Origin: a virus
Strand: one strand, 5' to 3'
IMG/VR virus record: IMGVR_UViG_3300032307_000369
Location: 30,875 to 94,874 of that record
DNA: 64,000 nucleotides
This document shows positions 57,801 through 64,000 of the stretch, in pieces. The position numbers and the translations under genes were made by a program. Numbering within the stretch: the stretch's first letter is position 1; the number at the start of each line of letters is the position of its first letter. The notes below the pieces were generated by a model. It did not search any database. It was not told the DNA's origin and saw only the letters and a program-made list of their open reading frames with translations.

Positions 57801-58297
57801 GCGGGTTTATAAAAGGTGGTAATGTTAAAATAGATGGCAATGCTGTTACACAAACTGTTAATGGTAGTGATTTAAATCTAGTCCCTGGAGATTTAGGTGG
57901 TTCTGTTGTAGTAAGTGGTAGTGATTTAAAACTAGTAAACAGTAGACTATTCCTTAATGGTTCTGACACAATGGAGTTTCCACCTAATACATTAGAACAA
58001 AGTGTTACATTAGTTACTGCTACTACGTTTATTAGAACTGCCAACTGGGTTGATGATTCAGCAGGACTAGCCTATGCTTCCATAGCTAACGGTACACCTG
58101 GACAAATTAAGACAATTATTATGGCTAGTCGTGGCACGTACGGTAATGCGCTAGACACAAGACCTAGATATTTGATATTAAGTGGTAACATTAATGGAGC
58201 CACTAGAACTGTAAACATTGCCGCTTCTGATCCTAACGGTTCAACAACGTTCTTGTTTTTGAACAACAGTTGGTGGCGAATTGCTCATGTGGCGTAA
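54881..58297 (+). CDS. large fibre-like structural protein (1138 aa)
   Basis: N-terminus IGSNANDGTGDDLRTAFLKVNDNF is homologous to the start of the 2844-aa protein. Gly/Thr/Asn-rich beta-repeat composition. Contains a poly-Gly tract (GGGGGGGG) at 56534-56557. Confidence 0.7.
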   Translation: MSIQYINIGSNANDGTGDDLRTAFLKVNDNFQLLATIGGETNIGANLGGGGGQVYAGKTNETLNFRTIAGDVNSGITVNQSGNVITIASNFSVPASITTLISEDNSGQFTTTSPGATFRFNGTGGVTTSLNANILTIDGQFALVQDTLPLLGGNLDLNGSNITGLGNISIVGNITSDNLTVGRIVTPGVFPATATINGSLTVRGSTSLQAVTATSIVTNNIITAPGFTATSGAFTGNLTGNSTGTHYGNVALKVVDPLDPNYPEIVIVDSDTQTITGSHFGTFSGGLTGSLITGGLALDGNSITGEGRIEVTGSEVQTGTMAFTVNGRFHGGDSPAGVAPEADQGPESAMFTMTQQVYGFSEPIRLRTVSKNGSNSIPLGPGIRFESVNEIDPSDPTTYDPLNPPTQPEYVLHGYLGVLNYDNGADTNPDISAFVARVRSDDGDFVRDIIIARGDNRVSISGLDIEDSKISPKYDEIASGVFGITPSDLIITNGASNHYINFYGEYDPNFQDEGFATGPGYTGYSFPKVIGAPGEVLTVQLGTNLLTWATPGGGGGGGGTTLLNLTDVPDSYATHAGKLLRVKSTSDGIEFTNSFNATVTGSLIGNASTATALQTARTINGFTFDGTQDVTIDTRQIEELRQVASNANIVGSGGSIVSTINITTLESNLDVNFGEPSTNQGARKFRVGMDIKGTQISNPVITNISLTGGTFPTPNNDRTVVITVTFDAQVVNAESNITITGEVQNQWFNDEKVRSVFSVSPGSALSYTSSLGLFALNDSVSNVNNTLVRRNGSGQVFLGTAYVSTLTKNSADTEITVTSPISTNSSITSSANITTTGSVIAGFITLTGTGNQTISSSAGTNIILQPGTSVDLSGKKITNLSIAAPTADSDAASKKYVDDEIQGLFEETFQELPVSGDTGGTLNVQRSAIFTVAGSSNISTSTTGTGVQINLKNTISGVSVSGNLPVTGNVTSSGGFIKGGNVKIDGNAVTQTVNGSDLNLVPGDLGGSVVVSGSDLKLVNSRLFLNGSDTMEFPPNTLEQSVTLVTATTFIRTANWVDDSAGLAYASIANGTPGQIKTIIMASRGTYGNALDTRPRYLILSGNINGATRTVNIAASDPNGSTTFLFLNNSWWRIAHVA

Positions 58298-58300
58298 AAT

Positions 58301-61300
58301 ATGACCGTAAAACCTATTTGGATTACATCTTCAGGAAGTTTAGGAAGTTTTGAACAAAGCCAACCTATCACTCCAATTGTGTTGGAAGTGGCCAATGCCA
58401 ACGAAGTAAAAATTATTTCCAAAACATTGCCTAATGGCTTAAAACTTGATTCAGTAACCAAAACAATTACTGGGGTTCCACTTGATAGTGGGATTACAAA
58501 AACCTACGACTTTGTTGTTAGAGCAAGTATTGTAGATGTTGATGGTAAGACTTATATACAGGATAGAACTTTCAACATTACAATTATTAGTAATGCTCAG
58601 CCAATACTACTAACTCCTCCTGGTGCAATATCTATTGGGTTGAATAAAGAAAACTTTGTTTTAAACAAATCAATAGTTAATTTTCAATTTGATGCTGTAG
58701 CTAATAGTGTTCCACCTGGACAAAAATTAAAATTTTATTTAGAAGAAAATAAAGGAGAATTACCTCCTGGACTCAAATTATCAGAAGAAGGTCTTCTATA
58801 CGGGACAATTGATGATGATTTGGAATTAGATTTCAAAGTTGTTCAAGGAACATATGATAGAGATTTTTATGACATTAATCCCTATGACTATGGAACTCCA
58901 ATTGAGCCAGCTAGAGGTATAACAACTGTTGCTAATGGGAAAATACAATCTGCATCAGTTACCTATGGCGGCAATGGATATTTGCTAGATCCAAAAATTA
59001 TTGTAGGTGGTAGTGTAGATTTTAGCTCTATTGTTATCACTGATGGTGGAAATGGTTATACCGTTGCACCAACAGTTGTTTTTAGTAATAGTTTAACCAT
59101 TGGCGGAATTACTGCAACAGGATATGCTGAAATATCAAACGGATCTGTTACTAACATCGTTATAACAAATCCTGGAACAGGATATGAAGTTGCCCCAACA
59201 ATTATATTCAAAGATCAAAATACAGGTAGTGGAGCAAGTGCTACATGTGAGTTACAATTAGGATTAGACGGTGCTCTTATTGCAAGAGTCACTAACGGAA
59301 CTGTTGTTGATATTGATATTGCAAATCCTGGTAGTGGATACCAAACAGCTCCTGCAATAAGTTTTGGTGCTCCAACAGCAGGATCTAGAATTATATCTAA
59401 AACTTATAAGTTTTCTTTGACAGTTGCTAATGGTGAATTAACTGACACTAAAATTTATACCATTTTTGTAAAGAGTGAAAATTCTTTACGTGTCGATACT
59501 ACATTTATCTTTTCAGATACTGTTGACTTTGATACTAGTAGAACATATATTCAACCACCAATTTGGATTACCCCAAACACACTTCCAATTGTAAAAGGCA
59601 ACAACAACTACATATATGATTTAGAAGTATTTGATCCAACACCTACTGTAGGAAAATTATATTTTGGTCTATTAGATTTTAATTTTGACGGTACTCCTAG
59701 TGAGTTTGGTCCAAGAAATAATGAGAGAAATCAAATCACGCATAATATAGTACATGTTGATTTAGAATCTCCAGTGCTATTAACACTATCACAACGACAT
59801 ACTTTTAAAGATAGCGATCGAGTTAGAATTTCAAATGTTGGCGGTACTACTGAGCTTAACGATGATGTGTATTATATCAAAGTAATTAGTGAAATTCAAA
59901 TTGCTTTATATTCTGACGTGGTGTTAGTAAACCCAATTGTGGGCACATTCTTTAATGCCTACACAAGTGGTGGTAAAGTAAATCCTGAAGAAAACTATTT
60001 AAAATTGGACCCTGTTGGTGGGGAAATCAATGGATTCATTCCATACCAACCAAGTGTGACAAAAACTTATACCTTCACTGTTCAAATACAAAGAATTTTA
60101 GATGATGTTGAAGTAGCAAATTCTTTTAAACAATTTCAGTTAACAGTAGAAGGAAATATACAAGGGGACATTAATTTCGTTACTCCAACACTTGTTGGAA
60201 CATTAAAACCAAACGAACAAAGTTTGTTAAAAATTGAAGCTGAATCTACGTTACCTTCAGCATCTGTAATATATGACCTTATACCTGGATATGGTAAAAC
60301 TTCAGGAGTAAACTATATTGAGTTGAATCTAACAGAATATCGCGGAAATATTCTAATTGAAAATTATGGTATAAATCCAGTAGTAATTTTAGAAAAAGGA
60401 CAAAGCTACAAAATTAATGTAGACTTAGATAACTTTACGGTAGGATTTAAAAATATTGATGGATCATACTACAATAGTGGACTTAGACACAGCACAGGAG
60501 TTGTTGGGCAGGCTGCACAAGAAAAGTCTAATGGCTATTATATTTTTATTCCTCCATTTAATGAAACTGATAAAATTGAATTAGTATATACTAATATCAA
60601 AAAAGACGGACTATTCCTAGCATTAAAAAAATATAACATTGATACAAAAGAATGGGATCGTCAAATTATCAACTCATATTTTACAGAATATGATGCTTAT
60701 ACTAATTTAACAAAACAAATCAACTCTAATCAAGATGCTCATGCTGTAATTTTAGATTATACAAAAATTCAATTTGGTATTAAGAAATATAATACTGGAA
60801 CACTTACATGGGATCTTGTAAATATTCCCGTTACAAAGCCAACAAATCCTACGTCAAATTCATACTGGTTAGATCTTGCTGAAAGTAGCTTTGGAGTTTT
60901 AGAATTTAGATATTTTGGATTGCAAGGTCGTTGGGTATCAGTTAGTATGTCTGTTGTTACAACTATGCCAAATAACAGCGAAGGGGTCAATGGGAACTAT
61001 AAAATATTTAACGATGCTGGCACCTATAAAGTACTTAGAAAAATTAATGGTGTTTGGAAAATTATAGAAAGATTGCCTATCGAAACAAAGACTGCATTTG
61101 ATCCAAACGTGTTCTTTAAACCAGCAATTGCTACTGCACCTGTTACAAATTTACAATACGATGTTTGGTTCAAATACAATGCGTTGTATGACGGGCTAGA
61201 CAAAAAAATTACAGTCAATTTAAAGAGTTTAGATAATCTTCCTACAGATATTTCAATTGGTCTTGGTGGAGATATCATTGGTAAAATTACTCCAACTACT

Positions 61301-62542
61301 GGCAACACCTTTAAAGGCTACTACAGTAGCAACGTTTTGTACGTGGCTAACGATGTTGTCACATTTAATAATTCTTTATATATTTGTGTAAACCAATATA
61401 GATCTACTGGTAATTGGTATCAAGAATTGTCTAATTGGAATAGTTTTGCGTATACTAAACGTGTTGCTACCACAATTGACGTTAACAGCTATGGTGTTGC
61501 AAAGTTCAGTATCCACGGTATAAATGACGACGGCACTTCGATAGATCAACTTTTAAGATTTAGAATTAGAGCTAGAGACACGCAAAATGTTAGCTCTTTA
61601 GAAAAAGATTTTACTATTGCTTATGAAAGCAGTACTGTAACATCATTAACTAACATATATCTACAACCGTTTTTAGGAAAAGAAAGTAGAGATAGATATT
61701 TTAATTTTATTACAGATACTAATATTTTCTTATCTGATAGTTTGTATAGATCAGAAGATCCAAATTTTGGTATTCAACGTGTTCCTAAGATGTTACTTCT
61801 TGGAGGTATTGAAAATACAAAGTCTGACAATTATGTCAGTGCTGTTCAAAGAAATTATTATGACAGACCTTTGTATTTTGGTGATATAAAAGTTGCTATT
61901 GCTAAAAACGAAGACAAGTTAGAATACGAAGTTATATATGTAGAAATTAACGATCCGTATGAGATTAATAATGTAAGTGTTTCTGATAAAATTAAATTAG
62001 CATTTGATTATGATCCTCTTACCGTTGATTATAGTAAAATTAGAGTTGATGATTCTAGTGTAGTTGCTACTGATACAGGCTTAGACACAATATATCCAAG
62101 TAGTATTACACTCATGCAAGACGCATTAAAAAAGGTCATGCTTGAAACATCTGACAGTGTATTAGTAACTCCAAACTATGAAGATTGGGGAGGAATTATA
62201 GGAGCAAGTTCTGAACTTGATGATTGGGGTCTGGTTGCAGAACGAGTTTCACTAGTTGACGATTTCTTACTTGCAAGAAATAGTATAGGATTTGACGTTA
62301 AATACCGTCCGCTATGGATGAATACTAGCCAAGATGGCACAGGAAACCCAGTGGGTTATGTTAAAGCCATACCAATTTGCTATGTCAAACCTGGTGAAAG
62401 TGCAAAAATATTGCGATTAATTGAAAGAAGCAAGTTTGATTTTAAACTGCTAAATTTCAAAATTGATAGAATAGTAATTCAAAATCCTCTAGGTGAAACC
62501 GGGGATAAATATATAAAGTTTATTAACAGGGAAATTATATGA
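58301..62542 (+). CDS. large fibre-like structural protein (1413 aa)
   Basis: Starts 4 nt after the previous stop. Carries ITNPGTGYEVAPTIIF / IANPGSGYQTAPAISF repeats like those in the 2844-aa protein. Confidence 0.7.
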   Translation: MTVKPIWITSSGSLGSFEQSQPITPIVLEVANANEVKIISKTLPNGLKLDSVTKTITGVPLDSGITKTYDFVVRASIVDVDGKTYIQDRTFNITIISNAQPILLTPPGAISIGLNKENFVLNKSIVNFQFDAVANSVPPGQKLKFYLEENKGELPPGLKLSEEGLLYGTIDDDLELDFKVVQGTYDRDFYDINPYDYGTPIEPARGITTVANGKIQSASVTYGGNGYLLDPKIIVGGSVDFSSIVITDGGNGYTVAPTVVFSNSLTIGGITATGYAEISNGSVTNIVITNPGTGYEVAPTIIFKDQNTGSGASATCELQLGLDGALIARVTNGTVVDIDIANPGSGYQTAPAISFGAPTAGSRIISKTYKFSLTVANGELTDTKIYTIFVKSENSLRVDTTFIFSDTVDFDTSRTYIQPPIWITPNTLPIVKGNNNYIYDLEVFDPTPTVGKLYFGLLDFNFDGTPSEFGPRNNERNQITHNIVHVDLESPVLLTLSQRHTFKDSDRVRISNVGGTTELNDDVYYIKVISEIQIALYSDVVLVNPIVGTFFNAYTSGGKVNPEENYLKLDPVGGEINGFIPYQPSVTKTYTFTVQIQRILDDVEVANSFKQFQLTVEGNIQGDINFVTPTLVGTLKPNEQSLLKIEAESTLPSASVIYDLIPGYGKTSGVNYIELNLTEYRGNILIENYGINPVVILEKGQSYKINVDLDNFTVGFKNIDGSYYNSGLRHSTGVVGQAAQEKSNGYYIFIPPFNETDKIELVYTNIKKDGLFLALKKYNIDTKEWDRQIINSYFTEYDAYTNLTKQINSNQDAHAVILDYTKIQFGIKKYNTGTLTWDLVNIPVTKPTNPTSNSYWLDLAESSFGVLEFRYFGLQGRWVSVSMSVVTTMPNNSEGVNGNYKIFNDAGTYKVLRKINGVWKIIERLPIETKTAFDPNVFFKPAIATAPVTNLQYDVWFKYNALYDGLDKKITVNLKSLDNLPTDISIGLGGDIIGKITPTTGNTFKGYYSSNVLYVANDVVTFNNSLYICVNQYRSTGNWYQELSNWNSFAYTKRVATTIDVNSYGVAKFSIHGINDDGTSIDQLLRFRIRARDTQNVSSLEKDFTIAYESSTVTSLTNIYLQPFLGKESRDRYFNFITDTNIFLSDSLYRSEDPNFGIQRVPKMLLLGGIENTKSDNYVSAVQRNYYDRPLYFGDIKVAIAKNEDKLEYEVIYVEINDPYEINNVSVSDKIKLAFDYDPLTVDYSKIRVDDSSVVATDTGLDTIYPSSITLMQDALKKVMLETSDSVLVTPNYEDWGGIIGASSELDDWGLVAERVSLVDDFLLARNSIGFDVKYRPLWMNTSQDGTGNPVGYVKAIPICYVKPGESAKILRLIERSKFDFKLLNFKIDRIVIQNPLGETGDKYIKFINREII

Positions 62543-63156
62543 GCTCAAGCGCCATTGTTTACACAACAATTAACGAAAACTTTCCAGCCGCAGGGCAGGA
62601 TAATGATTCACAAGGTTTTAGAGATAACTTTGCTAGAGTCAAAACTGCATTAGGTACAGCACAAAGTGAAATCACTTATCTAAATAATAATGCTGTTGAT
62701 AAAACACAGAATAACGATATGGGTAACAATACCCTAAGTAATGTGATTTTAAAAAATTATGGAATCGTAAGTAACACAGCATTAACATCTGCTGCCGCAA
62801 CCAGTGTTATTACCTTCAGTGAATCTCAATATAGAAGATACAGCTTAGGTAACAATACAAACATTTTTCAAATTGATAACTGGCCCGTTGGTTGTTATTC
62901 TGAAATGTTTCTTGAGGTAGTTTCTGCAAGTGGAACCAAACAAATTAGATTCCAAACAGGTGTTATTAATAATAGCTTAGGGACTCCAGTTAAAAATATG
63001 CATTTAGGCGAAGGCTTTGGAAATAATGCGTATGTGGACTGCACTAGATTAGATAACTCAAATAGATTACAAACTTATCTATTTAAAGTTGCTACACCTG
63101 ATGGTGGAGTAAACACTTATGTATCACTTGTTGATATGTTTAAACAGCAGGCTTAA
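62539..63156 (+). CDS. hypothetical protein, possibly structural or assembly
   Basis: ATGA-coupled to the giant gene. Asn/Thr-rich. Confidence 0.5.
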   Translation: MSSSAIVYTTINENFPAAGQDNDSQGFRDNFARVKTALGTAQSEITYLNNNAVDKTQNNDMGNNTLSNVILKNYGIVSNTALTSAAATSVITFSESQYRRYSLGNNTNIFQIDNWPVGCYSEMFLEVVSASGTKQIRFQTGVINNSLGTPVKNMHLGEGFGNNAYVDCTRLDNSNRLQTYLFKVATPDGGVNTYVSLVDMFKQQA

Positions 63157-63389
63157 TGCATCCATTACAAGTAAATCTTGAAAATCTAACTGACAGTGAG
63201 TTAGAAGATAAAATAAAAGAGCTAACCAAAAAGTACTTTGTAGTACTACAGGTTAGCCCTTCAGCATCAACGCAAGTATTGATGTTATTAGAAGATTACA
63301 AAAGCGAACAATCAGCAAGAGAACACAAACGACAAAACCACAAATCAGATCTAGGCGATGAATTTGATGGTTTGATTAATATTGGTTGA
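63156..63389 (+). CDS. hypothetical protein (77 aa)
   Basis: TAATG coupling. Confidence 0.4.
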   Translation: MHPLQVNLENLTDSELEDKIKELTKKYFVVLQVSPSASTQVLMLLEDYKSEQSAREHKRQNHKSDLGDEFDGLINIG

Positions 63390-63413
63390 CATTTTTGTAA
63401 ATTCATATATAAT
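63386..63413 (+). promoter_or_regulatory. sigma70-like promoter, TTGACA-N16-TATAAT
   Basis: Consensus hexamers directly upstream of the ATG at 63420. Confidence 0.45.
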
Positions 63414-63419
63414 ACTGTA

Positions 63420-63935
63420 ATGCACAGTAATCAATATGGACAAGTTTTTAGGAATGAGCAAGAAGTTTTAGACTTGATGCTCCAAGATCCTAATTTAGAT
63501 ATTTCCAAAATAAATTTTGAAAGTCTCGATCTTGTTAATCTTTTTAACGAGTCAGCAAGTCGTTGTGGCATAAATGTAAGCATACAGACTGCAAATGAAA
63601 TCACTCTTGATGTAATTGAATTCGATAAACAAAATCAAGCTGATTGGTTTATGCCTAAAGATCATTGCCCAAATTTGATAGAAACATTAATTAATCAATG
63701 TAACACTGAAGAACAAAGACAGCGGGTTGAGTTAGAACTAGAGCTATATATTAAGCATGGAATGATTGACTTACTGCATTTCATGAAGTATTTGGTTGAC
63801 ACCCTTAGAAAAAATAATGTCGTTTGGGGTGTTGGCAGGGGTTCTAGTGTAGCAAGTTACATATTATATTTGATAGGAGTTCATAAGGTTGACAGCATTA
63901 AATATAATTTAGACATTAATGAATTTCTAAAATAA
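63420..63935 (+). CDS. protein with DnaE-like (Pol III alpha palm) GRGS motif, standalone 171 aa
   Basis: VVWGVGRGSSVASYILYLIGVHKVDSIKYNLDINEFL parallels DnaE [26 protein letters not shown]…ERFL. There is no PHP domain upstream and the ORF ends at TAA 63933-63935. Confidence 0.4.
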   Translation: MHSNQYGQVFRNEQEVLDLMLQDPNLDISKINFESLDLVNLFNESASRCGINVSIQTANEITLDVIEFDKQNQADWFMPKDHCPNLIETLINQCNTEEQRQRVELELELYIKHGMIDLLHFMKYLVDTLRKNNVVWGVGRGSSVASYILYLIGVHKVDSIKYNLDINEFLK

Positions 63936-63959
63936 ACTTAAAATAAGGAGACACTATTA

Positions 63960-64000
63960 TGAGTGAACGCAAAATTTATAAAACTATGCAGGGAAAAACA
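63960..64000 (+). CDS. 5' end of a gene (partial). Possible GIY-YIG-like start
   Basis: SD TAAGGAG 7 nt upstream. MSERKIYKTMQGKT…; the KIYKT-GK pattern is reminiscent of a GIY-YIG N-terminus, but the window ends here. Confidence 0.3.

Noticed and set aside
54881-58297. Minus-strand ORFs of 60-107 aa inside the giant fibre genes (for example 55297-55608, 57721-58044, 54495-54818)
   Set aside because: All are antisense to long, motif-rich + strand reading frames, with no RBS. They are Pro/Val/Thr-rich artefacts of the GGT/ACT-rich sense strand.
1-64000. CRISPR arrays, integrase/transposase genes, IS elements, long direct repeats marking prophage ends
   Set aside because: No regularly spaced short direct repeats were seen, and no recombinase or transposase motifs appear in any frame. 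Apart from the internal gene duplication and the fibre-protein motifs, no extended repeats were noticed.

Overview
The window reads as a contiguous stretch of a large, low-GC tailed-phage genome with a T4-like flavour. Supporting that: an rIIA/rIIB-like pair, a T4 Pnk-like kinase with an Rnl-like RNA ligase, recurring (T)ATAAATA late-promoter-like motifs, many textbook TTGACA-N17-TATAAT promoters, a tRNA cluster, and three consecutive giant fibre-like proteins (about 2844, 1138 and 1413 aa). Almost all genes are on the + strand and tightly packed, with many ATGA/TAATG overlaps. Embedded in this is an unusually rich set of host-like auxiliary modules. (1) A proteostasis set: DnaK, an IbpA-like Hsp20, ClpS, and further downstream ClpP. 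(2) A heme oxygenase with a ferredoxin-dependent bilin reductase. (3) A curli-type amyloid secretion module: CsgF-like, CsgG-like with a C-terminal extension, and two secreted curlin-repeat proteins, one fused to a discoidin domain. (4) A TerC-family membrane protein. (5) A CHASE2-sensor class III nucleotidyl cyclase. (6) Metallophosphoesterases with a Pol-beta-type nucleotidyltransferase. (7) An RNA repair cassette sitting next to phage tRNAs: phosphoesterase, Pnk kinase and RNA ligase beside tRNA-Arg(UCU), two tRNA-Leu(UAA) and one atypical tRNA-like element. (8) A five-gene Fe-S cluster assembly operon: SufC, SufD-like, SufS, IscU and an A-type carrier. (9) A QueD/PTPS-like enzyme, a cupin, UvdE, a TagD-like cytidylyltransferase, an SPFH protein, and a histone-H1-like AKP-rich protein. 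No CRISPR array, integrase or transposase was seen. Protein identities rest on motif and family recognition from the translations, not on database searches.
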